This document shows, piece after piece, positions 36,811 to 49,400 of a stretch of DNA of 64,000 nucleotides. The notes beneath the pieces are model-generated. The model was not told where the DNA came from. It did not search any database and was given only the letters and a program-made list of their open reading frames with translations. The position numbers and the translations under genes are program-made. Numbering within the stretch: the first letter of the stretch is position 1; the number at the start of each line of letters is the position of its first letter. This DNA is from Mobula hypostoma (lineage: Eukaryota), in the NCBI RefSeq assembly GCF_963921235.1, contig NC_086109.1, forward strand, positions 28,770,001 to 28,834,000. Reading direction: 5' to 3'.

Positions 36811-36984
36811 AGGGAGAGGTACAGTCGACGTTTCAGGCCGAGACCCTTCAGTTAGTCCTGACGAAGGGTCTCTGCCTGAAACGTCGACTGTACCTCTTCC
36901 TAGAGATGCTGCCTGGCCTGCTGCGTTCACCAGCAACTTTGATGTGTGTTGCTTGAATTTCCAGCATCTGCAGAATTCCTGTTG
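36811..36984. mobile_element. Second fold-back Penelope mini-element
   Basis: ~40-bp inverted arms around the loop AGTTAGTCCTGAC; 13-bp TSD CATGCCCTCTTCT at 36798-36810 and 36985-36997. Confidence 0.9.
36853..36890 (+). ncRNA. Minimal hammerhead ribozyme motif, intact core
   Basis: AGTC CTGACGA AGGGTCTCTGCCT GAAAC GTC GACT; stem I is AGTC/GACT. Confidence 0.72.
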
Positions 36985-38159
36985 CATGCCCTCTTCTTGC
37001 TACTTCAATCAGACAGGAGGTACAGGAGCCTTAGATTCCACACTAGCATGTTCAGGAATAGCTATAACATGCAATCACTAGGCTCTTGATCTGGCAATGA
37101 AAACTTCCGCCACCACTACTCTGAACTGATTCTACAACCCACAGACTCACTTTCAAGGAGTCTTTACAACTCATGTTCTCAGTATTATGTTTTTTTATTT
37201 GCACAGTTTATCTTATTTTGGCAGTCTTTGGTGATATATAGTTTTTCATAAATAATATTGTATTTCTTTTTTTCCTATTAATGCCTGCAAGAAAATGAAT
37301 CTCAAGGTAGTATATGCATTAAAGTTAGGATTTACTTTGACCTTTGAACTCCTGGAGATGCTTGGTTGAGTAACTGTGGTCATCTTACTGATATTATAAA
37401 CTGCAAACACTCTGCACCCATATGGGCAATGACTATTTTGTGTGATGGAGGAGGTGCAAGTCAGTAGGCTGTTTTAACCTGGATAGTGCTGTGTGTTGTT
37501 AAAGGTGCCCAAATCCATGGAAGTGGAGAGTTCCACCACTCTCCTCACTTTCTCCTGTATGTGGTGGATGGGCTAAGTGCGCAGCTTCTGATCTGCTCAT
37601 AAAAACCATTTACTGCACATCGGGCTGATCTCAAGATCACTCCCACCTCAGATAGTAAGCATCAGGAGCTTAAAATTCACCTTAGTGTGGCTGGGAATTT
37701 CCCTGTCAGTTGAAGAGGTATTAAATACATAGGTTGTGGAGCACACACATCTTCCATTCCTGTCAGAAATTTGTGCTATCATAGGTAATTTTGTCTATTT
37801 TTTAATCACAAGAAGTAGGAACACACTGCACAGGATTTGGGAATGCAAATACTATTAGTTCTATGTCTTCCACATGGTATTTCTCAGTCTTATTTTTCAA
37901 TGGCTACCACTACATCACATAACTTTCTGAAATTCCTTTCACTGATTTCAGTTTTTTTTTAAAATCAGGCTGCAATCACTTGTCCCATGACCAGCACAAA
38001 CTTTGCAGTGGCCTGGCTCAGGGAATGTCGACCACAAAACAGTAGAGCACTGTATGGTTTCTTCAGCCCCCGATGTTGTGCTGCCTATGTTAACGTACTC
38101 CATGATCAATCTAACCCTTTCCTCCATTTGGATTACATCCATGGCCTATCAATGAGCCT

Positions 38160-38885
38160 CCTGAGCAGAGAGATCCAAGTTCATAGCTCCTTGAAAATGG
38201 CTGCACAGGTTGATAAGGTGGTTAAGATGGCTTTTGGAATACTTGCTTTTATTTGTCGAGGCATTGAATTCAAAATTCAAGAAGTTAAGTTGCAACTTCA
38301 TAAGACTCTGGTTAGGCTACATCTGGAGTACTGCATACAGTTCTGGTTGCCCCACTATAAGAAGGATGTTGAAGCTTTGGAGAGGGTGCAGAAGAGGTTT
38401 ACCAGGATGCTGCCTAGTTTAGAGGGCATGTGCTATCACGAGAGGCTGGATAAACTTGAGTTGTTTTCTCTGGAACAGTGAAGGCTGAGGGGAGATCCGA
38501 TGGAGATTTATAAGATAATGAGAGGCATAGATAGAGTAGACAGGGAGTATCTCAGGGATTCTCAGGGTTCAAATGTCTAATACCAGAGGTCATGCATTGA
38601 AGGTGAGAGGGATAGGTTCAAAGGGAATATGAGGGGTAAGGTTTTTACCCAGAGAGTGCTGGATGCCTGGAGTGTGATGCCTGGTGTGCTGGTAGAGGAA
38701 GATACATTAGAGGTTTTTAAGAGACTTTGGATTGGCACATAGATGTGAGGAAGATGGAGGAATATGGACATGGTGTAGGTAGCAGGAATTAGTTTTTGGG
38801 TGTTTTTCATTTGTTTTTTAGCTGCTTCAGTGAAACAGTTTGGGCCAAATGGCCTGTTCCTGTGCTTTACTGTTCTGTGTTCTAA
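38160..38885 (+). mobile_element. CR1 3' fragment
   Basis: LHKTLVRLHLEYCIQFWLPHYKKDVEALERVQKRFTRMLP; same subfamily as the 3' end of 58100-61780. Confidence 0.92.
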
Positions 38886-39704
38886 GTGCCCCTATCAGCC
38901 TTTACCACCACCCCCAACAGAGCATTCCAGGCACCAACCAACCTCTGTGTAAAAGGCCTATTCCTGATATCTCCCCTAAAAATTCCCTCCACTTGCTTAA
39001 TATGATGCCTCTCATATTTAGCCATTGGCGCCCTGGGGAAAGAGTACAGTCAGTGGCCACTCTGTCAATGCCTCTCATAATCTTATCCTGCACTATCACC
39101 CAACATTCTCAATGTGATGCAATCAAACCTGTCATCACTTTGGAAGAGTCCTAGACACTACATATCATTGCATTCCCCACAACCTCACTGCCTCCTCATC
39201 TCCATGGCAACCTTTCCTCCCCGTGTACTGTGGTTGTTACAAAGAGAACTCTTGAAGCACTGACTCTTTTCACAACTCCCAATGCCTCATTGGCATTGCC
39301 ATTGGTTTATTGTTGCCATATCTACGGAGATGTCGTGAAAAGCTTATGTTTTGTATACCTTCCAGTCAGATCACCGCAAACGTGAGCACATCAAGGTTGT
39401 GAGAAGAAAAGTAATGTAGAACAGAGTGATGCGTTTAGAGAGAGGCTTCAGTGCAAGTAGACAAATAATATAAAAGGACCACAACAATGTAAAATGGGAG
39501 ACTGAAAGTTCATCTTTTAGGATATTACAGGTCCTATCAAGAGTCTGAGATCAGAGAGGTGGAAACTATTAACAAGACTGGTGCTACATGCTCTCAGGTT
39601 TTTTGTATCTTCTGCATAATGGGAGAGTGGAGAAGAGAGAATGACTGAGGTGGGAGGGGTCCTCGATTATTCTGGCTGCTTTCCTGAGGCAGCAGGAAAT
39701 ATAG

Positions 39705-40385
39705 ATTAGATTATGAGAACACTCAGCCCTCTTTTATTGTCATTTAGAAATGCATACATGCATTAAGAAATGATACAATGTTTCTCCGGAGTGATATCAC
39801 AGAAAACAAGACATACCAAAGACTAACACTGACAGAACCACATAATTATAACATATAGTTACAGCAGTGCAAAGCAATACCATAATTTGATAAAGAACAG
39901 ACCATAGGCACAGTAAAAAAAAGTCTCAAAGTCCCGAGTCGATCGACTCCCGAGTCCCTGATAGCAGGCGGTGAAAGGGAGAAACTCCCTGCCATAAACC
40001 TCCAGGCACCGTCAACTTGCCGATACCTTGGAAGCAGCCGACCCAGCCGACCCTGAGTCCATCTGTTCGAAAACTCTGAGCTTCCGAGCAGCCTCCCGAG
40101 CGCCATCCTCCTCCGAGCACCTTCGACCTCTCCCTGGCCACTGAAACACGCAAAGCCGAGGATTTTGGGGCCTTCAGCTCTGGAGATTCCGGTTACCACA
40201 CAGTAGCAGCAGTAGCAAAGCGGGCATTTCAGAAGTTTTCCAGATGTTCCACTGTGCTCTCACATCTGTCTCCATCAAATCAGGATTGTGCACGGTCCCC
40301 TACTTGACAGATAACAGATATTCATCATTGAAGTGACTGCGCGCACTGTCGTCGCGTCGCCATCTTCTCCCCTCTCCCGGGAGGA
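39705..40385 (-). mobile_element. Non-autonomous LINE derivative (~680 bp), CpG-rich and young
   Basis: 5' GGGAGAGGGGAGAAGATGGCGACGCGACG; 3' ACAATAAAAG...(AATCT)n tail; TATAGA at both junctions. Confidence 0.75.
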
Positions 40386-40664
40386 GTTTTAGTATAGACT
40401 CAGTATAGACTGAGTCATTTGAGGTCCGGCTGATCTGCCGAATGGACTTCGCTGTGTTCACAGCTCTCTGCAATTTCCTGCTGCCTTTGGCAGAGCAGTT
40501 ACCTTCCCAAGCTTCAATGTATCTGGATAGAATGTAATTTTCCTGCTGCATCTGTCAAAATTGCTAAGAATCATCAGGGACGTACGAAGTTTCCTGAGCC
40601 TGTAGAAGAGACATTGGTGTGTGTTGTTGGTGTGGACCAAAACATATTGTTGAAGACATTTATG

Positions 40665-41425
40665 CTTTCAAAGTTTGAAGGACATTTGTTATCAAAGTAT
40701 GCATACCACATACAACCTTGAGATTTGGCTTCTTGCAGGCAGCCACAAAACAAAGAAACACAACAGAACCCATTAAAAAGAACCACACAGCCAAGACCAT
40801 TGAGCATCCAATGTGTGAAAAAAAAACAAATCGTGCTGTGCAAGCAATAAAAAAAATAAACAAATAACACACAGAATATGAACTGCAGAGTCCCTGAAAG
40901 TGACCCCACAGCCAGGGGCCAGTTCAATGCTGCACCCAGTCTAGAAGCCCAATAGCTACAGGTCACAACCACACGGCCAGTTCAACACTGAGGCAAATAA
41001 AACCTCTTGGAGTACTGAGCTGAACACCCGGAGGTCCTTTGCCCTCAGCCTTGATGCCTTGATCTTTTAATCTGGCTCAGCATTTAAATCGGAAAATTTA
41101 CATCAACATTTAAAGCACCATTTAATTTTCTGCACTTGGACCTGGGCCCCACTGCTTCGATTCTACCAAAAATATCAGTCTGGCACCAAGTTCACTCCAA
41201 AGATGGCCGCTGCGGCCATTCCTGCACTCTCGAGAGTCCAGTCCACTGAATCCTTTAGGATGCTACAAAAATGCCAGGTTGTACAGAAGGTTGAAAAGCA
41301 AGGGGAAATTACAGACTGCAGATTGTAGTGATTATAGTCCAGAAAAAGTATAGTTAATAGAATACTTTGTTTTGTTTGCTTCCTGCAAAATGTTGCTATG
41401 TTTTGCCCCTGTCATCTTGTCCTCA
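40665..41425 (-). mobile_element. Non-autonomous LINE derivative (~760 bp)
   Basis: 5' CAAGATGACAG (decayed AAGATGGCG); Rex1-like 3' end TACTTTGATAACAAATGTCCTTCAAACTTTGAA. Confidence 0.65.
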
Positions 41426-42270
41426 GAACTTGAAGCTCTTAACTGCTTCAACCATCTCCACCTCAACCCCTCTGATATAGACAGGGGCATGTAAACAACC
41501 GTTCTTCCTGAGGTTCTTTTGATATTGAGGGAAATATCTTGACATCTTGGCACTCGCTCTCTATTTCCTTTCTGTACTCCATCTTGTCATTCTTAGAAAG
41601 ATGGCCCACTATAGTGGTTCATCTGCAAACTCATAGATGGAGTTAGATCAGAATTTGGTCACATGGTTGTGAGAGGTGCCACACAAAGATGTGTCCGTTT
41701 TGAATAGAGCTGCCAGTGAAAACCATTAAGGTTCCATTTAGTACAAATGTACAAATTTAAGTAAGTTTCATTATTACATTGTAAGTCATTGATTAGATCC
41801 CATTGGGGAACTGTGTGTTTAACAGAATATTATTGTTCTTGTGCAAGACCAAATTTGGACAATATAAAAATGACAATAAGCATCAGAATTTCAGCTATGT
41901 TTTGCTTGGGTTAGGAGAGAGCTCAGGTCAATGAATGAGGTTGACTGGAAAAATAGTTTAGCTGTGTTAAGAAGGGATGTCAGCAAACTTCCACAGAATG
42001 TTAGGATCATGGTATGAGTTCACAAGGAAATCTTTAAACAGGCAGAATAAATGAGTCTGAGAAATAGGTAAGGGAAAAACAAACAAAGTAAGGAACAGGA
42101 TAAGAAGGTGAGAGTGCTCTCTACATAAGGATTGCTTCTTTGGGCCTATAAATCTTTCCTTGTGCCTAAAATATTTTGTGCAAGAAATTCGATTGCATAC
42201 CACACACTTCTCTAATATACTGCCTGCCAAAAATAACTTGTATTATATTGACATTCGAGACAATATGCGT

Positions 42271-42272
<2 letters not shown>

Positions 42273-42318
<46 letters not shown>
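42273..42318. repeat. (GT)23 microsatellite
   Basis: Directly visible. Confidence 0.98.
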
Positions 42319-42319
<1 letters not shown>

Positions 42320-42799
42320 TGTATCTCTGTTTGTGAGGTACATGCTTCTATACGAAGTTCATTGGATATGTTCTAACTGTACCACACAATTCCATTGACA
42401 GTTTTGCATACTGCTTCCATTGAGAATCATTAAGGTGCATTTTGGCACCAGAAATCACCAGATCCTCAAATGTAAGAGAAGGCCTTAGGAGGAAGGTGAT
42501 CCTTCTTTGAACATTTTGCAACGTCCATCACTATAGAGAGCATGAAATCTCAACCATTTTGTGGCGTCATACTTCAGCGCCTTTGTGGTTGAAATCTACC
42601 ACTTTTAGAGAAGAAGGCTGCACTTTCATGGTTTTTCCTTCTTGCACAATTTTGGAAAATCGCATTATTATAACACATGACTGTGGTGAAGGTTTACATT
42701 CTCGATGGTTGGGTAACTGCCGTGCAACAGTGTTACCAAGTGGCATGTGAACACATATTAGACATTGCAGTCCTTCATCATTCTCTAATGCATTAGCAG

Positions 42800-43260
42800 T
42801 TTAGTAGTAGTAGTGGAAGTGTGATTACTCAGGTGGAAAATGATGGTCTCCTAAGGGGTTGTCTGTTGGTGGGTGAATTAATGCAGGATGGTAGGGTGTA
42901 TTCCCTTATTGGAGAATGCCTGTGCCTGACTTTGTTTAATGGGGAAGGGCTGACACACAGGCAGCCACTGCACGGTCCTTGACAGTTCAGGTCAGGTGCC
43001 AGTGGCATAGAACGCAAGACAAATGGGGACCCTTCACTGCTGCAGCATTCCTTCGCCTGCTCTGCTGTTGTGATGTGTCATCATCTTCTGCCAGTTTTAC
43101 AGCTGAAGTCTTGGTTGGATCGCTCTTTGTCTGGAACCTCGACCTTAACCTTACTGCATGGGTGAGCTTACCAGGAACTAAACTTCAGACGAAATCGCTC
43201 TTGAGATCTCAGAATCTCATAAGCCTCTCCACACAACCAGGTGATGATCCAAAGAGAAGA
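42800..43260 (+). mobile_element. Short interspersed non-coding repeat, probably RTE-mobilised; inverted homolog at 45885-46310
   Basis: Shared segments CAGTGGC.T.GAA.GCAAGAC, CTTCAC.GCT.CAGC and TGTGATGTGTCATC with the reverse complement of 45885-46310. Confidence 0.65.
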
Positions 43261-44144
43261 GGAAATTACTATGATGGGTTTGGATATATATGATTGTTGC
43301 TAGACCCTTATGTTCTTGCTAGGGGCTGATTGCCAGTTTTAATCAGAAGTTATGTGGATGACATACAAATGAGAACCGGGCTTCAATCTAGGACATGGAT
43401 AGATGTCTGGAGAGAGAACCATCTTTCAATATATTGCTAAAAGAAGACTGGTTTCAATGTCTGCACGCTCAAAACTGGGGAGCTGGGACTCTACTCTGTG
43501 GACTTATTTGTCCATCTCCAAAATATCGAAGTTGAAATTGCATTTAATCACTTCCTGTTAACTTTGTGCTAAATAGTATAAAACTCTTTGAGTTCAGTGA
43601 GATTCTCCAAGAGAGATTTTCCAGAATGTCTGCTTGTCATGCAGAATAAAGACCTTTTATACCTCCAGCTCCAGTCACTTCGTGACTCATTCAAAGCCAC
43701 GACATTTTATTCAGTTATAATTGATTTGACTTTTTCAATGCATTTTTTGCTATCTGCCTTATGTTTAATTGTCAATTATCAAGGCAACATTATGAGAGGC
43801 AAATCAATATTAGGACAAGAAAATTAACTAGCCATTGATATAAAAACAACTATACTGATAACGATAGCAATGAGTTGCTACATTTACTTTTGGAACAGGA
43901 GAATCCTTTTTTTGCTCAAAACTATACTGCAATTAAACTATTTTGTTTCTATTTTCTTCTCTCGCAGCATTTAACACATAGCATAGGAACACAAAATTTG
44001 TATCTAATTTAATATACTTGTGTGTGTGTGTTCTACATTAGATTCTCTAGATGTTACTTAGTGTGTGCAACCAAAATCCAAAATATATCCTAATAAATAG
44101 AAACATCAAAAAGTAACAATGTAGTTTCTAATGAATTACAAATT

Positions 44145-45400
44145 CAAATCAAAAGTTCAAAGTAAATTTATTGTCAAAGTATATATATGTCACCATATAC
44201 AATTCTGAAATTTATTTTCTTACAGACACTCATAGCAAATACAAGAAACACAATAGAATCAGTGAAAGGCCACACCTAACAGGATGGTTACCCAAGCAAG
44301 CAAAGAGCAAAAGGCAATAAACTGAACAAATAAAAAAGAACAAAAATAATAGACTCAATGAAAGACTACATCTAAGAGAATGAATAAACCAATGTGCAAA
44401 AGACAACAAACTGTGCAAATACAAAAGAAAACAAAAATTATTATTATTATTATTATTATTATTATGATAGGTTGATAACACAAAAGATAATCAAAAATAC
44501 ATAATAAAAGACCGAGTAATTCAATGCGATAAATGCAGAAATTGCCAATAGGAAACCAAAAAAAAATCCAACACATTACAGGATTCTGTAGCATTTTATC
44601 TCAATCTGATTACTTACACAGGCACTAACAAGTGGCAAACATCATTCACCAAAATCTTGCTTTAAAGTATTAACTCATAAAAGACACCTCACCATACCAT
44701 AAATATAAGCCGGGTCCAGTTTTAGAGTCAGTGTCCTACAACTTATATTACAACCAATCCCATTATTCCAGATAGGACAATCCATAATAACCATCCAGAT
44801 ATAATATTACAATATAAATATGCAAGAATAAATTACATAATAAGCGTAGCCAAGTCAAACACACACACCATACAGATATCAATAAGTGTAAAATGCCAGA
44901 AATATGCTAAGGCAAAAGAGGAAATTTGAAAGACTATGGAACATGAACAGGGTCTACGTTATCCCGATAGTAATATCTACAGCTGATATCATCCCAAAGT
45001 CACCACAAGATAGCCTACACAGCAAATCTTCAGAGAGTCACAATATTAGATGCTACTAGAATAGTCCGAAGGTATCTGGGAATGGAGATATGAGTGTGGT
45101 TGGCTATGCCCATAAGTCAGGTTTTGCCAGCTTGAGCTGAGAAAAAAAACCAAAAATATTAAATAAATAAATGAATACATCCATAAATAAGCAACAAATA
45201 ATGAGAACATGAGATGAAGAGATTTTGAAAATAAGTCCGTAGGTTGTGGGAACAGTTCAGTAATGGGGTGAGTGAAATTAAGAGCATGGTCTGGAAGATA
45301 AGGATCCTTGATAATGGATGCTGCTTTGAGCTGCAGCACCCTATGTCAATGTACTCAGTGATGTGGAGGGTAAAACTAGTTATTTCAAATTCTAATGCAC
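44145..45400 (-). mobile_element. Rex1/Babar-like 3' fragment split by an R4/Dong insertion
   Basis: 3' tail at ~44150; LQLKAASIIKDPYLPDHAL near 45300. Confidence 0.8.
44465..45150 (+). mobile_element. R4/Dong 3' fragment
   Basis: Homologous to 28310-28985 (DKCRNCQ, HITGFCSILSQSDYLHRH*QVANIIHQNLA, NNHPDI); same 3' end CAGGTTTT.CCAGC.TGAGCTGAGAAAA; preceded by (ATT)n. Confidence 0.88.
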
Positions 45401-45884
45401 AGTCTAACATGGTATAGCTTTGTGCAATGTGTCAAGATCTAGCTAACAGCTTTATACTGGACTACTGGCTGGCTCCATTGCACCGCAGCATGATTCTTAG
45501 TTCTGTACTGAGACACTGCTACACAGAGGAGCAGAATACGCTGGAGATCAGATGGGGAAGCATCTGATCTGCACTCTACTCCAGGGCTCAAGCAATGGTC
45601 CTTGCTTCTTCAGATGTTTGCCAGCTGAGGTAGATCCACCAAGCCACCAAACCCCTTCACAGAATGGGATTGCCAATCTGAGTTTGTTTGTAAGTCTGAT
45701 TTGTTTGTTTACCTTAACTTTGTTTCAATTTATATTAATGCTTTAACAAATTTAAATAAAATGAATGCATTTTAAATTGATTTATTATTTATAATATTTT
45801 AAGGTTTGAAAAATATCATCTCCTTCAACTATTCCTAAATGCCACTGAACTTTAGATACATATGGAATTCTTCTACAAAGATCA

Positions 45885-46310
45885 TCATGTTGTCATAGTA
45901 GAGCTGTTTGTGAGTTCCTGAAACTCTGAAAGTGATACCATCTGGAATTTAGCGCTGGGTAGGGTCACCCATGATGGTAAGGTCAAGGGAAAGGTTCCAA
46001 ATAGAGAGCCATCCAACCACAGCCACAACTGAGGAGCTGGCAGATGATGACGATGACACATCACAATGGCAGAGAAGGCAGGGGAAGGCTGTAGCTGTGA
46101 AAGGTCTCCTGTCGTCTTGCATTCCAAGCCACTGGACCTTGACCTTGACTCTCAAGGACCATGTAATGATTGCCTTTGAATCAGCCTCCCCACGTTAAAC
46201 AAAAGTTTGCATAGCTATTCTCTATTATTCTCTATTCGGAGAATCCACCCTAACATCCCAAACTGAGGACATCATACGTGACTCAAGTGGTCGCGTCACT
46301 AAATTTAGTA
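45885..46310 (-). mobile_element. Short interspersed non-coding repeat, homolog of 42800-43260
   Basis: Reverse-complement similarity to 42800-43260. Confidence 0.65.
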
Positions 46311-48013
46311 TTAGTGTGAGAAAGTTTTCTGATAGCACTTTGTGCTGCATGAGACCTACATGCATCTGGTGGACTCCTCTGCCTTATGCTACAGTTGTGG
46401 CGGCAAGTCGTCAAGAACTTAGGAGGCCATGTTGCCATAAAATCTTCACGCGAGCCAAATATGAGCTGCAGGCCAGGTTGAGCAGATTCAGTCCAGTTTT
46501 GGAAAACCTGTCTTTGAGTGTGTGCAAAGACAGAACTTCAGTGGTACAGGAATATAACTAAATGCTTTCTTTCCTTCATGCACCCACCAATCAACAGGCC
46601 ATTGGCTCTTAAAAGTACACAAACTATACTGCCGTGTTTGAGTTTCTTCCACTCCATAAATCATAAAGAGATCTGGTGAGCCAATCTCTAGTTGGCAGGA
46701 CCTGTAAAATAATAATATAAGTTTCTGTGTACCTCAGCTCAATGAATGATTGACCATTCTGTCGTCATCTGGTTTTGACAAGATAGAGACAATAGATTCC
46801 TTGTTAGTGCCTGCAGAGAGCGAAAATAGAGCTAAGGCTGGTACAAATGCTTGTCTCGCTGTCTGGAGTACAATTTAAATTTGAGTTTTATAGGTAGAGA
46901 AGTGGAAGGGAATGAAAAAATTCCAAATGGTTTTGCCAGGATCTGCAACAATTGTCCCATTCATAGTTTATATCACATAGTCTCCTCTTTCAGTTAAAGT
47001 CTGTAAAAATTTCCCTGAAGTGCCTAAAATGGAAAGTTCTCGGTTTCTAAGAAGGCAGGACATAATTTCTAAATAGAAGATAGACTTCATCTGATTAAAA
47101 TTGGATTAGTTGGATTGGCAAAAACCCAAGGGTGCCCTTATCACTGAATTGGAAAAGAGAAACCTGGTTAGGCAAAAGATAAATTGTGGACAGCACTCAG
47201 TGGCCTCTCCTGGAAATTAAGAATTAATGGAGCACAGTTAGAAATTTGAAGTCATCATAGTGTTTTAACTGGGGTTCTGAGCATTAATGTAGTTACATTT
47301 AAGTCAGAGGGTGTTGTAAGTCAGAACTTCATCATGTGGATATCAAAAGATTCCCTGTGCTTAAACAGCCGGACTAATTCTGAGATGAATATAGAATTCT
47401 GAGAATACACTAAATTAAAGAATTTTTAGTACCCAATCTTTTCTGTCCAGCTCCAAAAGCGGAAAAATCATTACCTTTTAACTGTGTGCTGCCATGTTAG
47501 GATTTTTTAATATCAATGAATACTATATCTATTTGTTTCACCTTACATATCCTTTTTCCATTCTCCCAACTTTAAATGGGTTGCTTCCATTCATGCACGT
47601 TATTGAAGTTTTCTGTTATCCTTTCACTATCAGTTTACCAGAATGATAAAACAACACAATATTCACCAAAATTGTGAGCTCTGCCATTGAGAAGGACAAA
47701 AGCAAGAAATAAATGGAACGTTACTACTTGCAAATACAATGCCAAGTCATGCACTACCTGGATGTGGAAATATATTGCCATTCCTTTGAGCTGGGTGTAC
47801 TCCCAAACAGAATCAAAAAGATTATGGATCGCAATAGCTCAAGAAGGCAGTTCACGACTACTTGCTCAAAATCATTTGAGAAGGGATAACAGGCGTGCGT
47901 TATCCAGTCACATCCACACTTATGAAATCAGAATCAGGTTATTATCACAGACATCTGTTGTTTTGTGGCAGCCATACAGTGCAATACAATAAAAATTCAA
48001 TAAGGAATATTTT

Positions 48014-48648
48014 ACGCAGACTGGGAGACCGCTTTGCTGAACACCTACGCTCTGTCTGCCAGAGAAAACAGGATCTCCCAGTGGCCACACATTTTAATTC
48101 CACATCCCATTCCCATTCTGACATGTCTATCCACGGCCTCCTCTACTGTAAAGATGAAGCCACACTCAGGTTGGAGGAACAACACCTTATATTCCGTCTG
48201 GGTAGCCTCCAACCTGATGGCATGAACATCGACTTCTCTAACTTCCGCTAATGCCCCACCTCTCCCTTGTACCCCATCTGTTACTTACTTTTATAAACAC
48301 ATTCTTTCTCTCACTCTCCTTTTTCTCCCTCTGTCCCGCTGAATATACCCCTTGCCCATCCTCCGGGATCCCCCCCGCCACCTTGTCTTTCTTCCCGGAC
48401 CTCCTGTCCCATGATCCTCTCGTATCCCTTTTGCCAATCACCTGTCCAGCTCTTGGCTCCATCCCTCCCCCTCCTGTCCTCTCCTATCATTTTGGATCTC
48501 GCCCTCGCCCTCCAACTTTCAAATCTCTTACTCACTCTTCCTTCAGTTAGTCCTGACAAAGGGTCTCGGCCTGAAACGTCGACTGCACCTCTTCCTAGAG
48601 ATGCTGCCTGGCCTGCTGCGCTCACCAGCAACTTTGATGCGTGTTGCA
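48014..48648 (+). mobile_element. Young Penelope 3' fragment (GIY-YIG C-terminus plus pLTR)
   Basis: RRLGDRFAEHLRSVCQRKQDLPVATHFNS...EEQHLIFRLGSLQPDGMNIDFSNFR*; hammerhead motif at 48548-48585 with CTGACAA (one core change). Confidence 0.93.
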
Positions 48649-48834
48649 AAATAGTTTGGTTGTCTTCATGCGTTCATGGATCATTCAGAAATCTGATGCT
48701 GGAGGAGAAGAAGTTGTTGCTAAAAATTTAAGTGTATAATCAGTGTCAAATCATCCCCACTGTTCATTTGATTCCCAACATAAGTAAATGGATCCTTTAA
48801 GGGCTGTATGGAAAAAATTATACTGTCATTTTAC

Positions 48835-49400
48835 GAAAGTAAGGATGCAATGCTGGGGTATAAGGCATTGGTCAGATCATACTTTGAGTATTATGAGCAG
48901 TTTTGGGCCCCTTATCTATGAAAAGATGTGTTGGTATTGGAGAAGATCCACAGGACATTCACAAGAATGATTCTGGGAATTAATGGATTAATGAAGCAAT
49001 TGATGACTCTGGACCTGTACTCAACGGAATTCTGAAAAAATGAGGGGGGTGGATATCATTGAAGCATATTGAATATTGAAAGGCCTAGAGAGAGTGGATG
49101 TGGAAAGGATATTTCCTATAGTGGATGAGTCTAGGCCCAGAGGGCACAGCCTCAGAATAGAGGAATGCTCATTTACTGTAGAACAGATCCAAGGAAACCT
49201 TTACCACAGATGTCAGTGCGGGCCAAGTCACTGGGTATATTTAAAGTAGAGGTGATGGGTTCTTGTTTAGTGAGGACATCAAAGGTTATGGGGAGAAGAC
49301 AGAAGAATTAGTTTGAGAGGGATGGTAAAACAGCCATGATGGAATGGTGGAGCAGATTCGATGGGCTGAATGGCCTAGTTCTGTTCCTATGCTTTGTGGT
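48835..49400 (+). mobile_element. CR1 3' fragment, decayed
   Basis: YKALVRSYFEYYEQFWAPYL followed by a CR1 3' UTR. Confidence 0.88.

Larger units (their letters stand above)
36590..37350 (+). mobile_element. Rex1/Babar-like LINE 3' fragment
   Basis: CCHNKTASIIKDSHHPSHALF|LLLQSDRRYRSL, with a TTTACTTTGACCTTTGAAC tail. Confidence 0.85.
39295..41660 (-). mobile_element. Rex1/Babar-like LINE fragment hosting two non-autonomous inserts
   Basis: HQCLFYRLRKLRTSLMILSNFDRC (40458-40640) and a decayed FADE motif near 41620. Confidence 0.75.

Noticed and set aside
46310..47350. Possible very old Gypsy LTR or gag start
   Set aside because: Only a vague resemblance; no LTR pair, PBS or diagnostic motif could be confirmed.
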